The position numbers were made by a program, and so were the translations under genes. The notes beneath the pieces are model-generated. The model was not told the DNA's origin. It saw nothing but the letters and a program-made list of their open reading frames with translations, and did not search any database. This document shows positions 1 through 8,771 of a stretch of DNA of 64,000 nt, piece after piece (positions within the stretch are counted from its first letter, which is position 1; each line of letters opens with the position of its first letter). Source of the stretch: Vicinamibacterales bacterium (GTDB lineage Bacteria; Acidobacteriota; Vicinamibacteria; Vicinamibacterales; CAVVIG01); contig DATATJ010000173.1 of the NCBI GenBank assembly GCA_036268855.1, positions 30,237 to 94,236 on the forward strand, read 5' to 3'.

Positions 1-1
1 T

Positions 2-733
2 CTGTTCGATGCGCCGCACAACCAGAAAATCAAGTGGGACGACCTGCTGCGGCAGACGAGCGATTGGCAGGGCACGCTATGGGGCAAGCCCGACTGGGCC
101 GATCGTCCGGAAGGGAAGACGTCCGCGGACTGGCCCAACCGCGAGCTGCACGACCCGGGCACGCACTACAAGTACAACGACGTTCGCGTGAACGCGATGG
201 CGCTCGCGGCGCTCGAGGTCTGGCGCCGTCCGCTGCCAGAAGTACTGCGGCAGGAAATCATGGAGCCGATCGGCGCCTCGTCCACCTGGCGGTGGTACGG
301 CTACGAGAACTCGTGGGTGGAGGTCGACGGCCAGAAGATGCAGTCGGTGACCGGCGGCGGACACTGGGGCGGCGGCATGTTCATCAACGCCTACGACATG
401 GCGCGCTTCGGTTACCTGTTTCTTCGCAACGGCACGTGGAACGACAAGCCGATCGTGTCCGAGAAATGGATCCAGATGGCGCGCACGCCGGGGCGCGCGA
501 ACCCGAACTACGGATTCGCGAACTGGTTCCTCAACACGGGCCGCACGCCGCTGACCAACGCGCCGGAAACGGCGGTGTACTTCGAGGGCAACGGTGCCAA
601 CATCATCTACGTCGACTGGGAGCACGACATCGTCGCCGTGGTGCGGTGGATTCGCGGGACGGGTCCGCTGAACGAATTCATCGGCAAGATGCTGAGCGCG
701 ATCAAGGCGCCGGCGTCGACGGACGGCCGCTGA
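2..733 (+). CDS. beta-lactamase-fold serine hydrolase, C-terminal part (5' end outside window)
   Basis: Frame 2 is open from the window edge (LFDAPHNQKIKWDDLLRQTSDW...) and continues into track ORF 188..733. The GGGHWGGGMFINAYDMARFGYLFLRNG block resembles esterase/beta-lactamase-family proteins. TGA at 731-733. Confidence 0.55.
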   Translation: MFDAPHNQKIKWDDLLRQTSDWQGTLWGKPDWADRPEGKTSADWPNRELHDPGTHYKYNDVRVNAMALAALEVWRRPLPEVLRQEIMEPIGASSTWRWYGYENSWVEVDGQKMQSVTGGGHWGGGMFINAYDMARFGYLFLRNGTWNDKPIVSEKWIQMARTPGRANPNYGFANWFLNTGRTPLTNAPETAVYFEGNGANIIYVDWEHDIVAVVRWIRGTGPLNEFIGKMLSAIKAPASTDGR

Positions 734-760
734 CGTGGCGCCGGCGGACGTCGACGTGCC

Positions 761-1648
761 TTATCCCGGCGTCGTCCCGCCGCCCATGACCGCGAGCACC
801 TCGCCGGTGATGTAGCTCGAATCGGCATCCGACGCGAAGAAGACATACGCGGGCGCGAGCTCCTCGGGCTGTGCGGGCCGTGCCAGCGGCGTCTTCTCTC
901 CGAACGACGCGATCTTGGCCGGGGGATTCCCCTCGTCTGCCAGATTGAGAGGCGTCCACACCGGGCCTGGCGCGACGCAGTTCACGCGGATGCCGCGCCC
1001 GGCCAGCATCTTCGCCATCGCTTTCGTCAGCGTGTGGATGGCCCCTTTGGAGGCCGCGTAGTCGGGCAGCATCTCGGGGCCTTCGAACCCCGTTTCCGAG
1101 CCGGTGACGATAATCGATGCGCCGGCGCGCAGGTGCGGCAGCGCCGCGCGCACGAGACGAAAATATGCGTACACGTTCGTCTTGAACGTGCGATCGAACT
1201 CCTCGTCGGTGACGTCCTCGATCTCCGCTTTCCGATTCTGGTGCGCTGCGTTGCTGACGAGAATGTCGAGCTGCCCAAGCTCGGCCATCGTCCTGTCGAT
1301 CACGCTGAGGCAGAAGCGTGCGTCCGTGAGATCGCCTTCGAGCGTGAGGCATCGGCGGCCTTCCGCTTCAATCACCCGCCGTGTCTCGATCGCGTCGCCG
1401 CGCTCCGCGGGAAGGAAGGCGATGGCGACGTCGGCGCCTTCACGTGCGTACATGACGGCAACGGCCCGGCCAATACCCGAGTCGCCGCCGGTAATCAGCG
1501 CAACTTTGCCTTCGAGCTTGCCGGCCGGCCGATAGCGTGGTGCCTGGTATTTCGGCCGCAGGGCCATCTCGTCTTCGAGCCCGGGCTTCTCGAGCTTTTG
1601 CGCGGGAAAGGGTGGTGTCGGTTCGGATTCGATCTGCGGCTTGGCCAT
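761..1648 (-). CDS. SDR-family oxidoreductase (YhdF/general-stress-protein-39-like)
   Basis: Track ORF of 295 aa. Rossmann motif ITGGDSGIGRA, NAA motif (VSNAA) and catalytic YAASK (YxxxK). Confidence 0.9.
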   Translation of the reverse strand: MAKPQIESEPTPPFPAQKLEKPGLEDEMALRPKYQAPRYRPAGKLEGKVALITGGDSGIGRAVAVMYAREGADVAIAFLPAERGDAIETRRVIEAEGRRCLTLEGDLTDARFCLSVIDRTMAELGQLDILVSNAAHQNRKAEIEDVTDEEFDRTFKTNVYAYFRLVRAALPHLRAGASIIVTGSETGFEGPEMLPDYAASKGAIHTLTKAMAKMLAGRGIRVNCVAPGPVWTPLNLADEGNPPAKIASFGEKTPLARPAQPEELAPAYVFFASDADSSYITGEVLAVMGGGTTPG

Positions 1649-1724
1649 GGTGCCTGGCGAAGCAACTTTCGATCCTGGGAGCCGCGACGCCGGGGTCTGC
1701 CGACGCTCGGCCGCAGTCCCGCGA

Positions 1725-2645
1725 TCAGTCGAGCGCGCCGTTGACGTGCGGCTGCAGAACGGTATTGATGAAGCGGTGAATGGGCGTGTGGACGCCGTAC
1801 GCGGCGCCGATGCGCACGACCGCGCCGCTCAGCCAGGGCAGTTCCAGACGCTTACCGCGCTCGAGATCCTCGAGCATCGACGACTTCGCGTTCGGCGGGA
1901 GCCCCTTCACCATGGCGGTCATCTCGTCGAGGAGATCGGCCGGCACCTGCACGCCGCTCGCGCGTGCGACGCTGATCGTTTCCATCGCGGCGGCCTGAAG
2001 CATCGCGAAGAGATCCGCATCCTCTCGGATGGGGCCGAGCGGGCAGCGCGTCACCGCGGTCATGCCGCTGAACACCGACAGCCGGACGAATTTTGCCCAG
2101 ATGTCGATCAGCACATGGTCGCTGAGTGTCGACTGAAACCCTGCCGGCTGGCACGCCGCGAGCAGCCGCTCGAGGCGCGGCGAGCGGACGCCGTCGAGCT
2201 CGCCGAAGATCAGATGATCCATCGCCGTGTGCCGAATCAGCCCTGGCTCGGCAATCACGGCGGCGACGTAGGCTGTCCCGCCCGCGACGTGCGCCTGCCC
2301 GACCGCACGCGTGAGCACGCCCACGCTGTCCACGCCGTTCTGAAACGGGATGACGACCGTGTCCGGGCCCAGCAGCGGCGGGAGAAGCTGCGTCGCCGGC
2401 TCCGTGTCGTACAGCTTCACGGCGAAGAGCACGATGTCCACGGGGCCGATCGTGGAAGGGTCGTCCGTGGCGGCGACCTTCGGCACGTGGAGAGGGCCCT
2501 TGGGACTCTCGATGCGGAGCCCCCGGCTGCGAAGCGCCGCCAGGTGGGCGCCGCGCGCGATGAAAGTGACGTCCACACCGGTGGCTGCCAGCCGCCCGCC
2601 GAAATACCCGCCGACGCCGCCGCTGCCGACAATCGCAATACGCAT
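1725..2645 (-). CDS. panE: 2-dehydropantoate 2-reductase (ApbA/PanE family)
   Basis: 306 aa. N-terminal MRIAIVGSGGVGGYFGG dinucleotide fold. Overall ketopantoate-reductase-like layout. Confidence 0.75.
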   Translation of the reverse strand: MRIAIVGSGGVGGYFGGRLAATGVDVTFIARGAHLAALRSRGLRIESPKGPLHVPKVAATDDPSTIGPVDIVLFAVKLYDTEPATQLLPPLLGPDTVVIPFQNGVDSVGVLTRAVGQAHVAGGTAYVAAVIAEPGLIRHTAMDHLIFGELDGVRSPRLERLLAACQPAGFQSTLSDHVLIDIWAKFVRLSVFSGMTAVTRCPLGPIREDADLFAMLQAAAMETISVARASGVQVPADLLDEMTAMVKGLPPNAKSSMLEDLERGKRLELPWLSGAVVRIGAAYGVHTPIHRFINTVLQPHVNGALD

Positions 2646-2682
2646 AAGACGACGATCGTAGCACTTCGACCGGCGGCTTCTT

Positions 2683-2717
2683 CACGAAGGCACGGAGCAC
2701 GCGAAGATCACGACGAG
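2683..2717 (+). repeat. degenerate copy of the CACGAAG-heptamer repeat family
   Basis: Intergenic CACGAAGGCACGGAGCACGCGAAGATCACGACGAG between the panE start and the permease stop. Same heptamer as the hairpin elements at 11721 and 44051. Confidence 0.45.
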
Positions 2718-2728
2718 CATCCTGGTCG

Positions 2729-5209
2729 CTATTCATACCGCAGCGCCAGCATCGGATCGACGCGCGTCGCCCGGCGGGCTGGAAGATAGCCCGCCACGAA
2801 GGCCACGGTCGCGAGCAACGCCGTGGCGACTGCGAGCGCAATCGGGTCGGTGGCGGAAAGGTCGAAGAGCTGCGACTGCACGACGCGTCCAAGGGCGATC
2901 GCCACCGGCACGCCGATGCCGACCCCGACCGCCACCAGCACCGCCACCTCGCGAAGCACCATCCACAGGACCGACGTGCGCTCCGCGCCGAGCGCCATGC
3001 GGATGCCGATTTCGCGTGTCCGTCGCGCGACCGAGTACGACATCACGCCGTACAGCCCGATGGCGGCGAGCAGCGTGGCCAGCGCACCGAAGGCGATCGA
3101 CAGGCCCGCCACCATCCGTTCGATGAACAGCGAATCGTCCACCTGCGTCGTCATCGTCTTCAGGCCGTAGATCGGAAGGTTTGCGTCCGCCTGACGCACG
3201 GCGGCACGCAGGGACGCGGAGGCCGCCGCGGCGTCGCCGCGGGCGCGGACGTAGAGCGTCATCTCGTTCAGCTCGTCGGTCTGCGCGTAGGGCAGGAACA
3301 CGAAGCGCTTTGGCTCCTCGCGAAGGTTCGTGTTCTTGAAATCCTTGACGACGCCGACGATTTCGGCATCGTTCGCGTTGCTCTTGCGCAAGCCGAGATG
3401 CCGCCCCAGCGGGTTGCCGTCGCCGAAGAAGTAGTGCGCCATCGCCTCGTTGACGATCGCGACCTTGGGCGCGCCGTCCACGTCGCGGTCGGTGAACTCG
3501 CGTCCGGCCACGAGCGGCTGGCGCATCGTTTCGAAGTACTGCGGACCGACCGAGTTGATGTCGGGATTCATGTCGGCGCCTTCCTTCGCCTGGTACCCTT
3601 CGACCGTCACTGACGATCGCCATTCGCTGTCGGACAGGAGCGGAATCACCGACGGGGAGACCGCACGCACCTCCGGGATTCCGGCGATGCGCTGCTGGAG
3701 GTCGTGAAACAGGCGGATCGTCCGCTCGCGCGAGTACCCGCTGAGCGAAGGGTCGACGGCGAAGGCGAGGAGGTGCTCCGTGTCGAAGCCGGGGTTCACG
3801 TTCTTCAGGTTGTAGAGGCTTCGCGCGAACAGCCCGGCGCCCGCCAGCAGCAGCACGGAAAGGCCGACCTGCGCGATCACCAGCGCCTGCCGGAATCGTG
3901 CGTGGCCGGTGCCGCCGACCACACCCGACGACTCGTCCTTCAGCGTCGTGGTCAGCGCCGGCCGCGTGGACTGCATCGCCGGCGCCAGGCCGAACAGCAC
4001 GGCCGTGATCAGCGACACGGCCACCGCGAAGAGGACGACGCGAAGGTCGGGCGCTGCGACGAACGTCTGCTCCGCGCTTTGCGACGGCAGCGTGTGGACC
4101 AGCAGAGCGGTCGCGCCCCACGCGAGCGGCAAGCCGATGCCCGCACCGGCGAGCGCGAGCAGCAAGCTCTCGACGAGGCGCTGGCGGACGATCGTACGGC
4201 GTCCGGCGCCGAGCGCCAGCCGAATCGCCACCTCCTTCTGCCGCGCCGCGCCGCGCGCGAGCAGCAGGTTCGCCACGTTCGCGCACGCGATCAGCAGCAC
4301 CAGGCCGACCATTCCCATCAGCACGACGATCGGCGTCGAGAACTCCTGCCGAAGATCGGAACGTCCCTTCGCGCCCGGCTTGACGAACAGGTGCTTCGCG
4401 AGAAACCGCTCGCGCGTCTTCGCCGATGCACCCTCGACCGACTTCACCTCGAGCTCGTTGATCTGGTGGTAGAGCACGTTCATGCCGGCTTCGGCCTGTG
4501 GCGCCGACAGGCCCGGCTTGAGCCTCGCCATCAGCACGAGCCAGCGGCTGCGGCGATTCTCCAAATCGTCCCACGTGGGCGTCATCTGCGCTTTCAGCGT
4601 CACCGGCACCAGCACGTCCGCCGACTGGCCGATCGAGATGCCGAAAAATCCCGGCGGGGTGATGCCGACGATGGTCATCGGATGGCCGTTCAGCCCGATC
4701 GCGCGGTTCAGGATGCTGCGATCGCCGGCGAACCGGCGCATCCAGTAGCCGTAGCTGATCATCGCCGCCTGACTCCCGTTCGCGACGCGGTCGTCGTCTG
4801 GCATCAGCACGCGGCCGGCAAACGGGCGGACGCCGAGCACGTCGAAGTAGTTGCCGCTGACGAGCTCGCCCATCACGCGTTCGGACTGGCCGTCGATCGT
4901 GAGCGTCAGGCTGGCGTTGAAGCTGGCGAGCACGCCGTCGAACACCGTGTTGCGGTCGCGGAAATCGCGATACATCGGGTACGAGAACGTGTTGCTGTTG
5001 TTCGTCCGTCCCTGAAAGGGACCTGGATTCTCGAACATGACGAGCTGCTCGGGGTGCTTCACAGGGAGCAGGCGCAGCAGCAGCTGATCGGTGAGCGAGA
5101 AGATCGCGGTGTTGGCGCCGATGCCGAGCGCCAGCGTGAGCACGACGACGATCGTGAACGCGGGGGCGTTCAGCAGCGTCCGGATCGCGTAGCGGATGTC
5201 CTGCGTCAT
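2729..5209 (-). CDS. ADOP-family duplicated FtsX/MacB-like ABC permease (orphan, no adjacent ATPase)
   Basis: 826 aa. N-terminus MTQDIRYAIRTLLNAPAFTIVVVLTLALGIGANTAIFS is typical of the family. Two FtsX-like 4-TM modules separated by large extracytoplasmic domains. Confidence 0.85.
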   Translation of the reverse strand: MTQDIRYAIRTLLNAPAFTIVVVLTLALGIGANTAIFSLTDQLLLRLLPVKHPEQLVMFENPGPFQGRTNNSNTFSYPMYRDFRDRNTVFDGVLASFNASLTLTIDGQSERVMGELVSGNYFDVLGVRPFAGRVLMPDDDRVANGSQAAMISYGYWMRRFAGDRSILNRAIGLNGHPMTIVGITPPGFFGISIGQSADVLVPVTLKAQMTPTWDDLENRRSRWLVLMARLKPGLSAPQAEAGMNVLYHQINELEVKSVEGASAKTRERFLAKHLFVKPGAKGRSDLRQEFSTPIVVLMGMVGLVLLIACANVANLLLARGAARQKEVAIRLALGAGRRTIVRQRLVESLLLALAGAGIGLPLAWGATALLVHTLPSQSAEQTFVAAPDLRVVLFAVAVSLITAVLFGLAPAMQSTRPALTTTLKDESSGVVGGTGHARFRQALVIAQVGLSVLLLAGAGLFARSLYNLKNVNPGFDTEHLLAFAVDPSLSGYSRERTIRLFHDLQQRIAGIPEVRAVSPSVIPLLSDSEWRSSVTVEGYQAKEGADMNPDINSVGPQYFETMRQPLVAGREFTDRDVDGAPKVAIVNEAMAHYFFGDGNPLGRHLGLRKSNANDAEIVGVVKDFKNTNLREEPKRFVFLPYAQTDELNEMTLYVRARGDAAAASASLRAAVRQADANLPIYGLKTMTTQVDDSLFIERMVAGLSIAFGALATLLAAIGLYGVMSYSVARRTREIGIRMALGAERTSVLWMVLREVAVLVAVGVGIGVPVAIALGRVVQSQLFDLSATDPIALAVATALLATVAFVAGYLPARRATRVDPMLALRYE

Positions 5210-5257
5210 GGTCGGAATCCCCGGCGCCGAGTATCCGCGACGCGCGGCCGTTTGTCA

Positions 5258-5271
5258 ACGAAGACCTTCGT
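5258..5271. repeat. single-unit ACGAAG-AC-CTTCGT palindrome in the divergent promoter region
   Basis: ACGAAGACCTTCGT read directly. It shares the ACGAAG/CTTCGT core with the REP-like family. Confidence 0.35.
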
Positions 5272-5383
5272 AGATTGGCGGCTCGGCTAATATGCCCGAT
5301 GGCTAACGGGCCCCGATCGGGATGCCACATCGAGCGCAAGCTGCGGATAGCGGCGGACGCCCTGGTCGCGTCAGACTCGCCGT

Positions 5384-6448
5384 ATGATGAAGATGACCGC
5401 CCGCCACTCTGTAGACGATTCACGATGGGATCTGGTTGTGCGCCACGATCGCGGCGCCGATGGGACCTTCGTGTACGCGGTGAGCTCGACCGGCGTGTTC
5501 TGCCGTCCGTCATGCCCGAGCCGCCGCCCTCGCCGCGATCGCGTCGCGTTCTTCGACACCGCCGCTGACGCCGTCCAGGCGGGGTATCGCGCCTGCCTGC
5601 GCTGCCGTCCCGATCGCGAGGCCGCGGCCGATCCCTGGGTGGACAAGATTCGGCGCGCCTGCGTGTATCTCGCGAACGTGAACAGCCACCCGTCGCTTGC
5701 GACGCTCGCGCGCCGGCTGGGCGGCAGCCCCTACCATCTGCAGCGGAACTTCAAGCGGATTGTCGGCGTCACGCCGCGGGAGTACGCCGAGGCGTGCCGG
5801 CTGCGCACGGTCAAGACGCGGCTGCGCGAGGGCGCGGGCGTCACCGGCGCGGTGTTCGAGGCCGGATACGGGTCGAGCAGCCGCTTCTACGAGCGCGCGG
5901 CGCCGAAGCTCGGCATGCGTCCGGCCACGTACCGGCAAGGCGGCGCCAACACGACGATCCGATATGCGATCGTCGCGTCGCCGCTCGGCCGCCTGCTCGT
6001 CGCCGCCACGCCGCGCGGGATCTGTTCGATCGCGATGGCGGCATCGGATCGCGAGCTCGAGACCGCGCTGGCACGCGAGTATCCCGCGGCAACGATTGCC
6101 GCCGATCAGGGTGGTCTGGCGCAGTGGACGACGCAAATCCTCTCGCACCTCGAGGGAGCGCGGCCGCGCCTCGACCTGCCGCTCGACGTGCGGGCGACGG
6201 CGTTCCAGTGGCAGGTGTGGCAGGCGCTCGCCGCGATCCCGTACGGCGAGACGCGCACCTACGGGGACGTCGCGGCGTCGATCGGCCGTCCGCGCGCCGT
6301 GCGCGCCGTCGCGCGCGCCTGCGCCACGAATCCCGTGGCGCTCGCCGTGCCGTGCCACCGCGTGGTCGCCGCTGGCGGCGCAGTCAGCGGCTACCGGTGG
6401 GGTGCCGCCCGGAAGAAGGCTCTGCTCCAACGCGAACGCCGCGCGTGA
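5384..6448 (+). CDS. ada: bifunctional Ada: methylphosphotriester-DNA methyltransferase/AraC-type activator plus O6-methylguanine-DNA methyltransferase
   Basis: 354 aa. N-terminal Zn-Cys region (FVYAVSSTGVFCRPSCPSRRP), central AraC HTH, C-terminal MGMT active site VPCHRVV. Confidence 0.85.
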   Translation: MMKMTARHSVDDSRWDLVVRHDRGADGTFVYAVSSTGVFCRPSCPSRRPRRDRVAFFDTAADAVQAGYRACLRCRPDREAAADPWVDKIRRACVYLANVNSHPSLATLARRLGGSPYHLQRNFKRIVGVTPREYAEACRLRTVKTRLREGAGVTGAVFEAGYGSSSRFYERAAPKLGMRPATYRQGGANTTIRYAIVASPLGRLLVAATPRGICSIAMAASDRELETALAREYPAATIAADQGGLAQWTTQILSHLEGARPRLDLPLDVRATAFQWQVWQALAAIPYGETRTYGDVAASIGRPRAVRAVARACATNPVALAVPCHRVVAAGGAVSGYRWGAARKKALLQRERRA

Positions 6449-6465
6449 GGCTACAATGTGCCTCC

Positions 6466-7359
6466 ATGAAGCGCGTAGCCGCGTGCATCCTTCTCGTGCT
6501 GCCGCTGTGCCTGCTGTCGCTCGACGCGCAGGCGCCGCGCGCACGCAAGGTGTTCATCTCGGTGGACATGGAAGGCATCACCGGAGTGGTCCAGCCGGCG
6601 CAACTCGGCCCCGAAGGGTTTGAGTATCAGCGCGCCCGGGAATGGATGACGGGCGAGGTCAACGCGGCGATCGACGGCGTCCGCTCCAGCGGACCTGCCG
6701 GCATCGTCATCGCCGACTCGCACGGCAACGGTCAAAGCCTGCTCATCGATCGCCTGCCGGACGATGTGCAGATCGTGCGTGGATTTCCCCGGCCGCTCGA
6801 GATGATGCAGGGGATCGACGACTCGTTCGCCGCGGCGATCTTCATCGGGTATCACGCCAGCGAGTGGACAGCCGGAGCCGTCCGGAGCCACACGATCTCC
6901 AGTGCGCGCCTGCTGGGCGTGAAGTTGAACGGCCAGGAAGTCTCCGAAGGCATCTACAACGCTGCCGTGGCGGGATCCTTCGGCGTGCCGGTCGCGTTCG
7001 TGTCCGGCGATCGCCTCGCGGTGACACAGCTCCAGGGCGCGATTCCGGCCGCCGGCGGCGCCATCGTGAAAGAGCCGCTCGGGTATCATTCGGCGATGAC
7101 GGTCACGCCGGCGCGCGGTCAGGCGATGATCCGCGAGGGCGTCACGCGCGCGATGGCCAGCCTGACGGCGATGCGCCCCTATCGCGTGACGATGCCGGTG
7201 ACGGTCGAAGTCGGCTTCAAGCTGACCATCGACGCCGAGCGCGCCGCGTTCGTGCCGGGGCTGACGCGGTCCGATGCGCACAGCGTGAAGGGGACCTTCG
7301 CGGACATGATCATCGTGACCAAACTCCTGCAGGTGCTGACGAGCCTGGAAGCGCCGTAA
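6466..7359 (+). CDS. M55 family metallopeptidase (DppA-like D-aminopeptidase), with signal peptide
   Basis: An internal ATG at 6466 gives MKRVAACILLVLPLCLLSLDAQA followed by VFISVDMEGITGV and ADSHGNG motifs. The upstream part of track ORF 5794..7359 overlaps ada and was trimmed. Confidence 0.8.
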   Translation: MKRVAACILLVLPLCLLSLDAQAPRARKVFISVDMEGITGVVQPAQLGPEGFEYQRAREWMTGEVNAAIDGVRSSGPAGIVIADSHGNGQSLLIDRLPDDVQIVRGFPRPLEMMQGIDDSFAAAIFIGYHASEWTAGAVRSHTISSARLLGVKLNGQEVSEGIYNAAVAGSFGVPVAFVSGDRLAVTQLQGAIPAAGGAIVKEPLGYHSAMTVTPARGQAMIREGVTRAMASLTAMRPYRVTMPVTVEVGFKLTIDAERAAFVPGLTRSDAHSVKGTFADMIIVTKLLQVLTSLEAP

Positions 7360-7417
7360 CTCGAGAGGCGCGGGGGCGAAGACACGTAGCGGGACAAAGC
7401 CAGGGAGCCACGACCGG

Positions 7418-8647
7418 ATGACGAAGTACGGGCGCTCGCCGTGGATCGAACAATTCCCGAAATCGCGCGTGCGGTCGTATCCGCGCTACCGTGGCGCTTC
7501 TCAGCGTGACGTCGTCATCGTCGGCGGCGGGCTGACCGGGTGTGCGGCCGCCTACGCGTGTGCCGCCGCGGGCGTGAACGCCACGCTGCTCGAAGCCGAT
7601 CGGGTCGGGCATGGCAGCACCGGCGGAGCGGGCGGCTGGATTTCTGACGAACTGGGCAGCGGGTTCGGCGTGCTCGAGAAAACAGTCGGCCGCCGTGCCG
7701 CGAGACAGGCGTGGCAGGCGTGGCACCGGGCCGCGCTCGACTTCTCCGCGCTCCTGCGGCGCCTCGACATCAAGTGCCAGTACGATCCGCACGGCGCGTT
7801 GACCGTGGCGATGACCCCGGAACAAGCGACCCGGCTGAAGCGCGAACAGAAAGCCCGCCGCGACGCTGGAGTGAGCGCGTCGATGGTGAACGCGCGCGCC
7901 GTCGTCTCCGAGTCCGGACTGGCGGCTTTCTCGGCGCTTCGCACCAGGGACGGCGCCACGCTTGATCCGTATCGTGCATGCGCCGGCATCGCGAGCGCCG
8001 CCGCGCAGCGCGGCGCGCAGATCTTCGAGAAGTCGCCAGTGGTCCGGATCGGATTCAATCGCAAGACGGCCGACGTCGTCACCGCCGACGGCGCGATTCG
8101 CACCCGTGCGGTCGTGATCGCCACCGGCGTTCCGACGAAACTGTGCGCATCGCTGGTGCGCCATTTCTGGTTTCGTTCGACGTATCTGGCGCTGACCGAG
8201 CCGGTGCCGGCCCGGGTGCGGCAGCGTCTTGGCGGTCGCGACGCCGTGATCCGCGACGCTGGCGATCCGGCGCATGTGGTCCGCTGGGTGAACGACGAGC
8301 GGTTGCTCGTGTCCGGCGCCGATGCCGCGATACCGGAGGCCAGGCTGCGCGACAAGGTCCTCGTGCAGCGGACCGGGCAGCTGATGTACGAGCTGTCCAC
8401 GATGTATCCCGACATTTCAGGGATTCAGCCTGCCTATGGCTGGGACGCGCCGTACGCCACGAGCGGCGACGGCTTGCCGCACATTGGACCGCACCGCAAT
8501 TTCCCCCATCATCTGTTTGCCTTCAGCGACGGCGCACACAGCCTGACGGGCGCTTACCTGGCCAGCCGTATCCTGCTGCGACACGTGGTGGGCAAACTCG
8601 AAGCGGCCGACGAGACCTTCGGATTCGCGCGAACGACCGCCCGCTGA
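7418..8647 (+). CDS. FAD-dependent oxidoreductase (DAO family)
   Basis: 409 aa. The VVIVGGGLTGCAAAYACAAAG dinucleotide-binding motif lies near the N-terminus. Confidence 0.8.
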   Translation: MTKYGRSPWIEQFPKSRVRSYPRYRGASQRDVVIVGGGLTGCAAAYACAAAGVNATLLEADRVGHGSTGGAGGWISDELGSGFGVLEKTVGRRAARQAWQAWHRAALDFSALLRRLDIKCQYDPHGALTVAMTPEQATRLKREQKARRDAGVSASMVNARAVVSESGLAAFSALRTRDGATLDPYRACAGIASAAAQRGAQIFEKSPVVRIGFNRKTADVVTADGAIRTRAVVIATGVPTKLCASLVRHFWFRSTYLALTEPVPARVRQRLGGRDAVIRDAGDPAHVVRWVNDERLLVSGADAAIPEARLRDKVLVQRTGQLMYELSTMYPDISGIQPAYGWDAPYATSGDGLPHIGPHRNFPHHLFAFSDGAHSLTGAYLASRILLRHVVGKLEAADETFGFARTTAR

Positions 8648-8771
8648 CCGGCGCTCCGGCCGGTTGGATCCCGGTCCGAAAGCGATCGAAACGGCGTGGA
8701 CACGCGTCAAACCACCGTGTAATGGCGGTGTATACTGCCACGGTTAGCCCATCTTTAAGGAGTTTGTGCAT

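Noticed and set aside
2733-5513. 926-aa minus-strand ORF overlapping the ADOP permease in another frame.
   Set aside because: It is an Arg/Pro-rich nonsense-like sequence. The neighbouring frame (2729..5209) carries the recognisable FtsX/MacB architecture.
5794-6465. N-terminal extensions of several track ORFs (5794..7359, 22263..23969, 24396..26216, 25838..27148, 34549..36273, 36730..39219, 44121..45230, 45532..46335, 46104..47624, 48455..49447, 61302..62387).
   Set aside because: The extensions overlap the preceding gene. Internal ATG or GTG starts give canonical N-termini or signal peptides, often with ATGA coupling. The ORFs were trimmed accordingly and are not pseudogenes or fusions.
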